A stretch of DNA of 64,000 nucleotides from an uncultured Campylobacter sp. (GTDB lineage: Bacteria; Campylobacterota; Campylobacteria; Campylobacterales; Campylobacteraceae), in NCBI GenBank assembly GCA_963527315.1, contig CAURQE010000008.1:45970-109969 (forward strand). The letters are read 5' to 3'. The position numbers were made by a program, and so were the translations under genes. Position 1 is the stretch's first letter; each line of letters starts with the position of its first letter. A model generated the notes under the pieces. That model searched no databases. It was not told the DNA's origin and saw nothing but the letters and a program-made list of their open reading frames with translations. Positions 10,524-19,758 of the stretch are shown piece by piece.

Positions 10524-11919
10524 AGTACGTGCTTTAGTCGCGGGAGATCTGATGCTAGATCACTACATCTGGGGCAGCTGCGAGCGTATCTCGCCCGAAG
10601 CTCCCGTGCAGGTGGTAAAGATAAAAAACGAAACCAAACGCCTAGGCGGAGCGGGCAACGTGGTGCTAAATTTGCTCTCATTGGGTGCGAAAGTGGGCGT
10701 CATGAGCGTACTAGGCGATGACGAAACGGGCGACGAGATAGAGCGGATCTTGCTAGAGCAGGGCGCTAGGCCCGAGTTTATCAAACGCGAGATCGGACGC
10801 ACGAGCTCGATAAAAAGCCGCGTGATGGCGACGCATCAGCAAGTCGTACGCATAGATAAAGAAAGCGTCGAAGCCGTAACGTGCGAGGACGAGCTGGCGG
10901 CAAATTTCGCCCGTGCGCTAGAGAGCTACGACGTCGCGCTGCTATCAGACTACGGCAAGGGCGTGCTGACGCCGTCGCTGTGTCAAAAACTCATAAAGGC
11001 ATGCGCGGATGCGGGCAAACCCGTGCTCATCGATCCAAAAGGCGCGGACTACTCGAAGTATAAGGGCGCCACGCTGCTAACGCCAAATAAAAAAGAAGCG
11101 GGCGAGGCCGTGGGCTTTAAAATAGAAAACGACGAGCAGCTTTTTACGGCGCTAAATTTACTAAAAAACGAGCTAAATTTGACCCATTCGCTGATCACGA
11201 TCTCGGAGGAGGGCATCGCGCTTTTAGAGGACGGACGGGCGATTAAATTTCCGGCTCTGGCAAAAGAGGTCTTTGATGTCACTGGTGCGGGAGATACGGT
11301 GCTAGCGACGCTGGGCGTGATGCTGGGTGCGGGCGAAGGTATCAAAAAGGCGATCGAGACGGCAAATTTAGCCGCCGCAGTCGTCGTGGCTAAGGTCGGC
11401 TCGGCAACGGCAAGCTTTGAGGAGATAAACGAACTCGTGCGCCGTAAAAACGCGGCCGGCTTCGAGGAGAAAATCAAAAGCGCGGATGATCTAGCCGTGA
11501 TGCTAGCAAACCGCGGCGAAAAGCGGCTGGTTTTTACAAACGGCTGCTTTGATATTTTGCACGCGGGGCATGTGAGTTATCTCGCTAAGGCGCGGGAATT
11601 TGGCGATATATTAGTCGTCGGGCTAAATTCGGACGCCTCGGTGCGTGCGCTAAAGGGTGACACTCGCCCCGTAAACGCGCAGGCCGACCGCGCTACCGTG
11701 CTAGCGGCGCTTGGGGCGGTTGATTACGTGACGATATTTGACGAGCTAACGCCTCTAAATTTGATCGAAAAACTGCGCCCCGACGTGCTCGTAAAGGGTG
11801 CGGACTACGAAGGTAAAGAAGTCGTCGGCAGCAGCGTCGTAAAAGACGTGCGGCTAGTGGAGTTCGTAGCGGGCAAAAGCACGAGCGCGACGATAAAAAG
11901 GATAAAAAGTGAAGATTGA
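10516..11919 (+). CDS. hldE: bifunctional D-beta-D-heptose 7-phosphate kinase / heptose 1-phosphate adenylyltransferase
   Basis: 467 aa. Ribokinase-like N-domain ('DVTGAGDT'). Cytidylyltransferase C-domain '[11 protein letters not shown]'. Confidence 0.9.
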   Translation: MREVRALVAGDLMLDHYIWGSCERISPEAPVQVVKIKNETKRLGGAGNVVLNLLSLGAKVGVMSVLGDDETGDEIERILLEQGARPEFIKREIGRTSSIKSRVMATHQQVVRIDKESVEAVTCEDELAANFARALESYDVALLSDYGKGVLTPSLCQKLIKACADAGKPVLIDPKGADYSKYKGATLLTPNKKEAGEAVGFKIENDEQLFTALNLLKNELNLTHSLITISEEGIALLEDGRAIKFPALAKEVFDVTGAGDTVLATLGVMLGAGEGIKKAIETANLAAAVVVAKVGSATASFEEINELVRRKNAAGFEEKIKSADDLAVMLANRGEKRLVFTNGCFDILHAGHVSYLAKAREFGDILVVGLNSDASVRALKGDTRPVNAQADRATVLAALGAVDYVTIFDELTPLNLIEKLRPDVLVKGADYEGKEVVGSSVVKDVRLVEFVAGKSTSATIKRIKSED

Positions 11920-12475
11920 AGATATGATAAAAAGCGAGCTAGAGGGACATCTAGCTACTATTAAGGCGACGTTTGCGCTGGAAGCTGGTATCAAAAAAGC
12001 CTGCGAAACTGCGGTAGCGACGCTAAAGGCGGGCGGTAAAATTTTGCTTTGCGGAAACGGCGGCAGCGCGGCGGACGCGCAGCATATAGCAGCCGAGCTA
12101 ACGGGTCGCTACAAAACCGAGCGCGGCGCGCTAGCGGGCATCGCGCTAACGACCGATACGTCTGCGCTCACGGCGATCGGCAACGACTACGGATATGAGT
12201 TTGTTTTCTCGCGTCAGCTGGAGGCTCTGGGCCGCGAGGGCGATCTACTCATCGCGATCTCTACTAGCGGAAACAGCGGTAACGTCGTAAAAGCGCTCGA
12301 GCTAGCGCGAAAAATCGGTATCAAAACAATCGGGCTAAGCGGCCGCACGGGAGGCGCTATGAACGAGCTTTGCGAGCTAAATTTGGTCGTGCCGTCAAAC
12401 GATACGCCGCGTATCCAAGAGATGCACATAATGATAGGGCATATCATCTGCCAAGCCATCGACGATGCGTTTTAG
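11909..12475 (+). CDS. gmhA: phosphoheptose isomerase
   Basis: 188 aa. SIS domain '[17 protein letters not shown]'. GTG start at 11909, with an alternative ATG at 11924. Confidence 0.9.
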   Translation: MKIEDMIKSELEGHLATIKATFALEAGIKKACETAVATLKAGGKILLCGNGGSAADAQHIAAELTGRYKTERGALAGIALTTDTSALTAIGNDYGYEFVFSRQLEALGREGDLLIAISTSGNSGNVVKALELARKIGIKTIGLSGRTGGAMNELCELNLVVPSNDTPRIQEMHIMIGHIICQAIDDAF

Positions 12476-12493
12476 GCTAAATTTAAAGGCACT

Positions 12494-12533
12494 TGCGGCG
12501 GCGGAGTCAAATTTAACCCGCCTTGCCGCTTTT
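12494..12533 (+). terminator. candidate rho-independent terminator after gmhA
   Basis: GCGGCGGCGG (12494-12503) pairs with CCGCC-tt-GCCGC (12517-12528), giving 10 bp with a 2-nt bulge and a 13-nt loop, followed by TTTTT. Confidence 0.45.
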
Positions 12534-12569
12534 TAACTCCGTCTAGCGCGCAAGCAAATTTAATCACCC

Positions 12570-13832
12570 ATGAAAACCCAAGCTCCAGCCTACGCCGTCA
12601 TCGATCTAAAATCCTTCTACGCCTCGGTCGAGTGCGTGGAGCGAGGGCTTGATCCATTTGAGGCGAATTTAGTCGTCGCCGACGCCAGCAGAGGCGAGAG
12701 CAGTGTGTGTCTAGCCGTTAGTCCCGCCCTAAAGGCTCTTGGCGTAAAAAATAGATGCAGACTGTTTGAGATCCCTAAAAATATCAAATACATCATCGCT
12801 GTGCCCAGGATGCAGTTTTATATCGACTACGCGGCTAAAATTTACGGCATCTACCTAAAATACGTAGCCAAAGAGGACATCTACGTCTACTCCATCGATG
12901 AGGCCTTTATCGACCTCACCTCGTATCTAAAATTTTATAAACTAGAAGCCAGAGCCATGGCAAAGATGATAATGGACGATATCCTAAAAACCACGGGCGT
13001 AACGCCCACCTGCGGTATGGGGACGAATCTATATCTAGCCAAAATAGCCCTTGACATCCTAGCCAAACACAGCGAGGATAATATCGCCTTTTTAGACGAA
13101 GCGCTCTATAAAGAAAAGCTCTGGACGCATCAGCCGCTAAATGATTTTTGGCGTATAGGCAAGCAAACTAGGGCAAAGCTTGAGAGATACGGGATATTTT
13201 GCATGAAAGATATGGCAAACGCGCCTTTTAGCCTGCTAGAAAGAGTATTTGGCATCGACGCCTATATCGCGCTAGATCACGCAAACGGCATCGAGCCCAC
13301 CACTATAGCCGACATCAAGGCCTATAAACCCTCGACTAGGTCATACTTTAGCTCGGAAATTTTACCTAGAGACTATGAGAGACTAGAGGCTCTAATCGTG
13401 CTAAAAGAGATGACCGATAGGCTAGCTCTAAAGATGATAAACGAGGAAGTGCGGGCTAGCGGGCTCACGATAAATATCAAATTCGCGGGCAAAAACGAGC
13501 CCGCGCAAAGAGCTACGGTAAGGTTTAAAACGCCTAGCAATATCGCCAGCATGCTCATGGACGCGGTGCAGGAGCTATACCTAAAAAAGATAAAAAACGC
13601 AGGCCTCATAAGGCAAATCGGCATATCGGCAAACGACGTCGTAAAGGAAAGCAAAACCGAAAGAAGCCTCTTTGAAGAAGAAAATGCAAAAGAAAAAACG
13701 GTGCTAAAAACACTAAACAAGATAAAAGAAAAATACGGCAAAAACTCCATACTAAGGGCTATCGACCTACTACCCGAAGCCACCGGCCGAGATAGAAACA
13801 AAAAGATAGGAGGGCACAAAAGCGGTGAATAA
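12570..13832 (+). CDS. Y-family (translesion) DNA polymerase, UvrX/YqjW-like
   Basis: 420 aa. N-terminal 'VIDLKSFYASVECVE' and 'YSIDEAFIDLT' catalytic motifs of the ImpB/MucB/SamB (UmuC/DinB) family. Confidence 0.85.
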   Translation: MKTQAPAYAVIDLKSFYASVECVERGLDPFEANLVVADASRGESSVCLAVSPALKALGVKNRCRLFEIPKNIKYIIAVPRMQFYIDYAAKIYGIYLKYVAKEDIYVYSIDEAFIDLTSYLKFYKLEARAMAKMIMDDILKTTGVTPTCGMGTNLYLAKIALDILAKHSEDNIAFLDEALYKEKLWTHQPLNDFWRIGKQTRAKLERYGIFCMKDMANAPFSLLERVFGIDAYIALDHANGIEPTTIADIKAYKPSTRSYFSSEILPRDYERLEALIVLKEMTDRLALKMINEEVRASGLTINIKFAGKNEPAQRATVRFKTPSNIASMLMDAVQELYLKKIKNAGLIRQIGISANDVVKESKTERSLFEEENAKEKTVLKTLNKIKEKYGKNSILRAIDLLPEATGRDRNKKIGGHKSGE

Positions 13833-14133
13833 GGACAGAGCCAAAATTTTTAGCTCGTTTAATCCTCTCTCTACTCTAGAAAAAGCCCTAAAAGCGCAGG
13901 AGCGAGAAAAGAGCGAAAAGCTAGATCTTGACGAATCAAAGATAGAAGAAATCCTAAATAAAATAAGCAAACTAAAGCCCGCCGACAAGGTAAAAATCAC
14001 ATACCACGATGGGCAGAGCTACGTGAGCACCGAGGGACTGGTTTCAAACGTAAATTTGATGGATAAAAGTTTAACGGTAGTAAAAACGAGGGTCAAATTT
14101 GACGATATTTACGCGGTTGAAGTCGTTTTATAA
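13825..14133 (+). CDS. YolD-like protein (putative UmuD-analogous accessory factor)
   Basis: 102 aa. GTG start overlaps the polymerase stop by 8 nt. The pattern 'RAKIFSSFNPL...L.ESKIEEIL...VKITYHDG..Y....G.V..V......L.V.....V.F.DIY.VE' matches what I recall of the YolD-like family. Confidence 0.65.
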   Translation: MNKDRAKIFSSFNPLSTLEKALKAQEREKSEKLDLDESKIEEILNKISKLKPADKVKITYHDGQSYVSTEGLVSNVNLMDKSLTVVKTRVKFDDIYAVEVVL

Positions 14134-14901
14134 ACGGCGATTTTATATTTATGCTTCGTAAGACCGCTTTTTGGAAGATGAAACAACTTTGGAATTTTAG
14201 ACAAGATACCGTTTAGTGCTTGCCGTGAGGCGCAAAGCATTTGCGAGAATTTAGGCGCCGACAAAATATAGCTTTGAAGAAACAAGGGCGCTTTAAATGA
14301 CATTTGCGAAAGCTCAGCGCGCGGTTATAAAAAGCCCTTTTGGATAAATTCGCAGCCGAGCCTAAGAAGTGCTAAATTTATCGACCAAGATGGCCTTAAT
14401 AAAACAACCGCTTAAGCAAGGGGCATTTATCCGCAAGGATAAAAGCTAGTAAAAGGGATAAACAGGCCGGCTCGGCGGCTAGGAGATCGCGGGTCTAGCG
14501 AGACAGGGCGAGATTTGCGCTTGGTTGCGGATTTTTGGATTTATTTTGAGTCGTTTAAATTTGCGAGATTAAGCCAAGCGCCAGGGTTAGCAAGAGGCGC
14601 TCCTCGGCATTAAATTTAGCCGATCTAAATTTAAATAAGCTTGGATGGGTGCCCGTAAATTTAGCCGTTTTGCGTCGCCTTTTTCGCGCTTAATCAGGCG
14701 CGGACTAACAGGGCGTCTTATGGATTTTTGCGGCTTTGCCAAATTAAATCCAAATTTGCGTTTCGCTGCGGCTTTGTTTTTGCGCGTCCGAGCGTTAAAT
14801 TTACGGCCGAATTTAGGCGTATTTTTAAGGCGGAGTAAGGCTCCAAAAACCCGCCTTTCGTATCCGCAAAGGCTAAAACTCCGCCGAACTAGCGCCTGAT
14901 T
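14134..14901. other. ORF-free AAATTT-rich spacer (about 0.77 kb)
   Basis: Only short ORFs with biased composition are present. I counted 5 AAATTT by hand in 14581-14900. Confidence 0.7.
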
Positions 14902-15585
14902 TTACTCCCAAAGGCTCCTTATCCAGATCAAAAATTCGTCCCTAGGTTCGTCGTCGTCCATATCTGCAGGCGTCGCGACCTCAAGCGCCGTTTGCGGGAT
15001 CGTCGTTTTAAAGCGCTCACGCACCCACCGCCTAAACGGCTCGTTTGGATGTACGAAAAGCTCGTCTTCGTCGCTATTTGGCGGCGAGCTAAAAGCCTCG
15101 CTCCAGCATATCTCGTCGTATCCTATCGCAAGTAGCCGTAAAAAATCAAGTCCGTTACGAGTCAAAACGCAAGTCATCGTCGAACCCGAACCAGAACCCA
15201 TATGTACGATCTTGGTTTTGCCCGCATCATCCATCCATAGCGCACACATCGAGCCGTCTTTGCCGCTACTTGCAAATACGCAAAGCCTATTTTTTATCTC
15301 TGCGTCTAGCTCGCGCTCTGTGCCGTAAAACCAGTAGCTAAGCCCCAGATCACTGCTCTCCGGCTCGCCGGCGAAAAACGAGATGTCCGTACCGCCCTCG
15401 CGCTCATCATCGCTCCAGCTCTGCTTCAGCCGATCCTGCTGGTAGAGATAGCCGTGCCTGCGCCCATCCTCGTCGCTTACAAAACCGTTTGCCTCTATCC
15501 ACGTATAAAGCGCCTCGATCTCACTTGGTACTCGCATACCCTGCGGCAACGCCTCGCGTAGCTGCTTTAGTAATAAATTTTCCAT
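14902..15585 (-). CDS. SMI1/KNR4 (SUKH superfamily) protein, immunity-protein-like
   Basis: 227 aa, acidic. N-terminal 'LPQGMRVPSEIEALYTWIEANGF' and central 'CVFASSGKDGSMCALWMDD...KIVHMGSG' resemble the SUKH fold pattern. Confidence 0.55.
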   Translation of the reverse strand: MENLLLKQLREALPQGMRVPSEIEALYTWIEANGFVSDEDGRRHGYLYQQDRLKQSWSDDEREGGTDISFFAGEPESSDLGLSYWFYGTERELDAEIKNRLCVFASSGKDGSMCALWMDDAGKTKIVHMGSGSGSTMTCVLTRNGLDFLRLLAIGYDEICWSEAFSSPPNSDEDELFVHPNEPFRRWVRERFKTTIPQTALEVATPADMDDDEPRDEFLIWIRSLWE

Positions 15586-16107
15586 TTTTCTCCTTGCGCG
15601 CGAATTTGCTAGGCGGCTTTACGATTTTTCGGCTAATTTTAGGCATTTGCTGCACTTCCATCTTGCCTTGGCAAACCGTATTTTAAAAGCCCTCGCGCGC
15701 TAAATTTAGCTTTGTTTTGATTTTTAAATTTATAGCGCTTGCAGCGAGTCTTATTTTTGGCCTAAATAAAAAACCAAGTTAAATTTAGCGCAAAATTTGA
15801 GCGTCAAACCCGCCGAAATCGCCGCTAAATTTTACGTTTTACCGCGGCGCTACTCTTTGGCCTTGAGGCAAGCCCGTAAATCGCACCGTAAAATCAAAAT
15901 TTCGTTTTAAATTTCCCCGTTCCCGCCCTGGGTATCGCTAGATCAGCATTAGGTAGTTACTTTGCGCATTTACGTTGCCCCTGTAATTTTACTGAAAATA
16001 AATCATAAAAGGGGTGCGCCCGTTTCCGCGAGCGCTAGAGTTCCGTTGTAGGGAAGGTTTCATGCTCGCCTCTTGCGATACTTACCCGAAATTTAAATTT
16101 AACGCTT
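15586..16107. other. ORF-free AAATTT-rich spacer (about 0.52 kb)
   Basis: No ORF of 60 aa or more in any frame. This is where a cognate toxin gene would be expected, upstream of the SUKH gene. Confidence 0.6.
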
Positions 16108-16566
16108 TTAGCCTTCGATCAGATCGGTCTGCCAGTTCGCGCCTTGTAGCGTCGTGTCAAGCTGCCTGATCTGCCTTGCTAGCTCGTCCACCTGCTTTTG
16201 CAGCGCCGCGACGTCGACCGTGCTTAAAATTTTAATCTCGCTACGCGAATATGTATCGATCTTTTGCGCGGCAACTTGCGCGAATGTTCGCAGCGCACCC
16301 GCTTTTAGCGTGAGTACGTCGCGCTTGGCGATTAGCTCGGTTAGGCTTTTGCCGTCCGCTTTTGCGGTGCAGTTGGTTAAATTTATCCGAACTATCAGGT
16401 GCTCAAGCTCACCCGTGAGCGTGTCTAGCTCGGCTAGTAGCGCCTTTGGCTCTTCGCTGGGCCTCTCGCCCTCTTGCACCTTTGCATTGTACGCGAGCCT
16501 TGATTTTAGCTGCTCGATGCGTTTTTGTATGTCGGCGCGCAGTATCAGCGCCTCGGCTAGTTTCAT
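16108..16566 (-). CDS. DIP1984/septicolysin-like family coiled-coil protein
   Basis: 152 aa. N-terminal 'MKLAEALILRADIQKRIEQLKSRL' and C-terminal 'LQGANWQTDL' match my recollection of the DIP1984 family. Confidence 0.55.
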   Translation of the reverse strand: MKLAEALILRADIQKRIEQLKSRLAYNAKVQEGERPSEEPKALLAELDTLTGELEHLIVRINLTNCTAKADGKSLTELIAKRDVLTLKAGALRTFAQVAAQKIDTYSRSEIKILSTVDVAALQKQVDELARQIRQLDTTLQGANWQTDLIEG

Positions 16567-16584
16567 TTTCGTCCTTTTTAAAAT

Positions 16585-17265
16585 TTATTTGCCGCTATTT
16601 AGCTGCCGATCTTGTCCGTAGTGCGGCGAATACGGGCCGTAAAGCAAGCAGTCGCGGCAATCGGTGCTAAACAAAATAGCGTCCGCGTGCGCCGATAGAT
16701 CAAAGCTCGCGTCCGAGACCGAGTCGGCGATCTGTTTAACTAGTGCGGAGACTAGCATACCGATGAGGTTGCCGCCGCCGTCACCCGAGTCGTTTGCAGC
16801 AGTCGCGCTCTTTTGCCAGAGCACGGCGCCGGTGTTTAGATCCACTAGAGTCGCTGCTACGCTCACGCGCGTGACGCTGCTAATGAGCATATACGAGGTG
16901 CCGTAGTCCGCGACGTTTAGATACAGTGCGGCATCAGCGCCAAATATCTGCTTAAGCTTGTGCGCAGAGATCTGCGCGATCTCTGCGGCGTCGTAGATGC
17001 CGTTGTTTTTGAAGGTCTCGTTTACGAGCGCGGGCGAAAATACGTAATACCCAGCCTCGCTAAGCGGATAGAGCGCGTTTGCCAGCACCGCTGCGGAGGC
17101 CTTTATCTCGGCTGAGTCGCTGGTGGGCATCACGACGACGATCGAGCGAGGCTTGGTCTGTAAAAACGCCGAATAGTCGTAAATCTCTGGCTGCGAGCCT
17201 GCGCACGCTCCAAGAAACAGCACCGCAAATGCGCAAAGAAGCGCCGATTTTATTTTATTTTTCAT
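16585..17265 (-). CDS. DUF799 / GNA1162-like lipoprotein
   Basis: 226 aa. Lipobox 'LFLGAC'. 'PRSIVVVMP...YPLSEAGYYVFSPALVNETFKNNG' resembles the GNA1162 family. Confidence 0.7.
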   Translation of the reverse strand: MKNKIKSALLCAFAVLFLGACAGSQPEIYDYSAFLQTKPRSIVVVMPTSDSAEIKASAAVLANALYPLSEAGYYVFSPALVNETFKNNGIYDAAEIAQISAHKLKQIFGADAALYLNVADYGTSYMLISSVTRVSVAATLVDLNTGAVLWQKSATAANDSGDGGGNLIGMLVSALVKQIADSVSDASFDLSAHADAILFSTDCRDCLLYGPYSPHYGQDRQLNSGK

Positions 17266-17809
17266 TTTGGCCTCCTTTTGCGGTTTTGCTAGTTTTGGCG
17301 GGCTTTGCTTGCTTGTTTTTTAAATTTTGCTTGCTCGTCTGCTCGCTTAAATTTGAGCTTTTGTCATTTAAATTTGACTCGCTTGCGCCTGATTTTTCCT
17401 TCGTCTGCTCGCTTAAATTTGCCGCAGTTTTGCCTGCCGCGCCCGCCGTTTTGCCGTTTTGATTTAGCAAGAACATAGCGTATTCGCGCGACTCGGGGTA
17501 AAGCTCGGCTTCTTTTTCGACGTAGGCTTTAAATTTGGCCCCGTTTCCTTGCGATAGATAGAGAAGGCCTAGATGCGCGTGTAGTCCGGGCGGGACTTTG
17601 GCGGCTCTTTGATAGGCTTTTTGCAGGCTCTGCTCGAGTGCGGCGATCTGCGCGCCCGCGTCGCCCTCTTCGCTCAGGTACTCATAGACCGAGCCCGTGT
17701 ATGCGCCGTCCCAGTAGTATAGCTGCCTAGGCGAGTCGTCCGCGCAGCCAGATAGTAGCATGGCGGCGGCGGAGGCGAGCGCGAAATTTGCTAGAGTTTT
17801 AAAGCGCAA
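17255..17809 (-). CDS. DUF4810-like lipoprotein with low-complexity C-terminal tail
   Basis: 184 aa. Lipobox 'LLSGC'. TPR-like body 'YYWDGAYTGSVYEYL...AHLGLLYLSQGN'. Sits between CsgG-like and DUF799-like genes. Confidence 0.6.
   Translation of the reverse strand: MRFKTLANFALASAAAMLLSGCADDSPRQLYYWDGAYTGSVYEYLSEEGDAGAQIAALEQSLQKAYQRAAKVPPGLHAHLGLLYLSQGNGAKFKAYVEKEAELYPESREYAMFLLNQNGKTAGAAGKTAANLSEQTKEKSGASESNLNDKSSNLSEQTSKQNLKNKQAKPAKTSKTAKGGQNEK
17335..17421. repeat. 21-nt perfect direct repeat (TCGTCTGCTCGCTTAAATTTG) x2, 66 nt apart
   Basis: Copies at 17335-17355 and 17401-17421. Both encode the repeated 'NLSEQT' peptide in the tail of the DUF4810-like protein. Confidence 0.85.
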
Positions 17810-17818
17810 AATTTATCC

Positions 17819-18487
17819 TTATTTCGCGTTAAAAGCGCCGCTTTCAAGCCCGCGCGTTAGGTTATTTACGGCCTCGATGATGGCTAGGCTTAGCACCTTG
17901 CCGTTTAGCGTCGAATCATACCCAGCACTTCCGCCAAAGCCCAGCACCTCGCGGTTTGAGAGCTCGTATTCGCCTGCGCCCTGAGTAGAGTAGATCACCT
18001 CGGAGTTTTTCACGTCCACGACGTTAAGATTTACCTTCGCGTAGGCGGTTTGCGTTTTGCCTTTGCCAAGTATCCCAAAAAGCTGGTGATCGCCAGTAGT
18101 TTTGCGGCCAAACTCCGTCACGTCGCCGGTGATGACGTACCTTGCGCCTTTGATGTTTTGCGCCTCTTTGCTTAGCGCGCTTTCTTCTTTGATGGCGCGC
18201 ATGTTGCTTCGGTCAAGCACCGAAAAGCGCCCGCTTTGCTGTAAATTTGAGATAAGGATGGTCTGGGCTTGGTTACCTAGCCTGTCCTCGCCGTCTGAAA
18301 ATACGCCGTTTTGGTATGAGGACTGGTTGCTAAAGCGGCCGATAGAAACGGCGATCTTTTGCCCTTGATAGTTGGTGTTTAGGGTTTGGACTTGTGGCGT
18401 TTCGACTACGCGCGATCTCTCCGTCGCGCAGCCGGTTATTAGCATCGCGGCGCACGCGGCTAGTAAAAATTTTACGTTCGTTTTCAT
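17819..18487 (-). CDS. CsgG/HfaB-family outer-membrane lipoprotein
   Basis: 222 aa. Lipobox 'LITGC'. 'IAVSIGRFSNQS...RYVITGDVTEFG' is a CsgG-like pattern. Confidence 0.7.
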   Translation of the reverse strand: MKTNVKFLLAACAAMLITGCATERSRVVETPQVQTLNTNYQGQKIAVSIGRFSNQSSYQNGVFSDGEDRLGNQAQTILISNLQQSGRFSVLDRSNMRAIKEESALSKEAQNIKGARYVITGDVTEFGRKTTGDHQLFGILGKGKTQTAYAKVNLNVVDVKNSEVIYSTQGAGEYELSNREVLGFGGSAGYDSTLNGKVLSLAIIEAVNNLTRGLESGAFNAK

Positions 18488-18594
18488 ATCGCTCCTTTAA
18501 ATTTTGATTTGCGTTATTATCTTACTATTTTTAGCTTAAAAAATTTTAACCCGCCTAAAAATTTGAGTCGCGGCGTCGGCCGGGTCAAATTTGA

Positions 18595-19758
18595 TTATAA
18601 AATTTCCGCCTCTTTGGTTGCGTTTACCGAGCTTAGCACGATGCGGTCGCCCGGTTTTAGCTCGCTTAGATTTACGGTTTTGCCGCCCTTGTGCACTCGG
18701 ACGAAATTTGAAATCTGCGCGAAAAACGACTCTTGCTGCGCATATGCGGCGCGAGCTAGTTTTAGCGAGTTTTCAAATTTGATCAGTTTGGTTTGCACGG
18801 CGGCGTTTAAAGCCTGCCGTAAATTTAGCAAAATTTGCTCTTTGCGAGCGATTTTTTGCTCTAGGCTAGCTTGCGTAAATCTCGCTCTCATCATCGCCAG
18901 AGCGTTAAATTTACGCTCCCAAACGCGCATAAAGGCAGCGTCCGCCGCCTCGCTTAGCCTATCTATGCTTTGCATTAGCTCGCCCGCATCTGGCAGTAGC
19001 GCAGCCATAGCCGCGCTTGGAGTCGGAGCACGAAAATCAGCCGCAAGGTCGCTGATCACGTAATCAATCTCGTGTCCGACGGCCGAGATCACGGGCGTGC
19101 GCGCCGCGTAGATCTCACGGGCTAGATTTTCGTCGTTAAAGCACCACAGATCCTCTCTGCTGCCGCCTCCTCGCGCTAGCACGATCGCATCTGCACCGCT
19201 TGCGTCGGCTCCTTTTAGCGCGCGTATTAGCGAGGCGGGCGCGGTTTCGCCCTGCGTTAGCGAGTCAAAAACTATGATTTCTGCTAGCGCCCAGCGCTGC
19301 GAAGCGATACGCAGCATGTCTTGCAGCGCGGCTGATGTTTTTGAGGTAATAAGCGCGATCTTGCGCGGAAATTTGGGTAGCGGTTTTTTGCGCGAGATAT
19401 CAAAAAGCCCTTCGCTCTCAAGCCGAGATTTTAGCTGTTTAAACGCAAGTTCTAGCTCGCCCTCGCCGCTGGGGCGTATGAGGGTTGCTATAAACTGATA
19501 GCTGCCGCTTGGCGAGTAGAGCGAAATTTTGCCGTAGAGAGCGACTTTCATGCCGTCTGCGACGTCAAATTTGAGCTTAGCGGCGTTAAATTTATAAATA
19601 ACCGCCGAGATCGCGGCTTTTTCGTCTTTTAGCGTGAAGTACCAGTGGCCCGAGCCGTGTTTGACGAGCCGCGAGATCTCGCCCTCTACCTCGACGTATG
19701 AAAACGTCGTCTCAAGCAGCGTTTTGGCTTGCTCGTTTAGCTCGCTGACGCTTAGCAC
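18595..19758 (-). CDS. xseA: exodeoxyribonuclease VII large subunit
   Basis: 387 aa. OB-fold N-terminus 'VEVEGEISRLVKHGSGHWYFTLKD' and 'RGGGSREDLWCFNDE'. Confidence 0.9.
   Translation of the reverse strand: MLSVSELNEQAKTLLETTFSYVEVEGEISRLVKHGSGHWYFTLKDEKAAISAVIYKFNAAKLKFDVADGMKVALYGKISLYSPSGSYQFIATLIRPSGEGELELAFKQLKSRLESEGLFDISRKKPLPKFPRKIALITSKTSAALQDMLRIASQRWALAEIIVFDSLTQGETAPASLIRALKGADASGADAIVLARGGGSREDLWCFNDENLAREIYAARTPVISAVGHEIDYVISDLAADFRAPTPSAAMAALLPDAGELMQSIDRLSEAADAAFMRVWERKFNALAMMRARFTQASLEQKIARKEQILLNLRQALNAAVQTKLIKFENSLKLARAAYAQQESFFAQISNFVRVHKGGKTVNLSELKPGDRIVLSSVNATKEAEIL

Noticed and set aside
14645-14899. 84-aa ORF in the spacer downstream of the SUKH gene
   Set aside because: Arg/Leu/Phe-rich product ('RKFSRFASPFSRLIRRGLTGR...') generated by AAATTT/GC-rich filler. 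No RBS.
15900-16107. GC-rich structured-looking segment ('GGGGTGCGCCCGTTTCCGCGAGCGC...') as a possible riboswitch or sRNA
   Set aside because: I could not match it to any RNA family consensus I know (SRP, 6S, tmRNA, RNase P or common riboswitches), and I could not establish convincing covarying helices by eye.
16154-16621. 155-aa plus-strand ORF opposite the DIP1984-like gene
   Set aside because: Ser/Cys/Ala-rich antisense shadow of a gene with a coherent coiled-coil product.
18509-19063. 184-aa plus-strand ORF overlapping xseA
   Set aside because: Antisense to the well-conserved xseA. Low-complexity Ser/Ala/Cys-rich translation.
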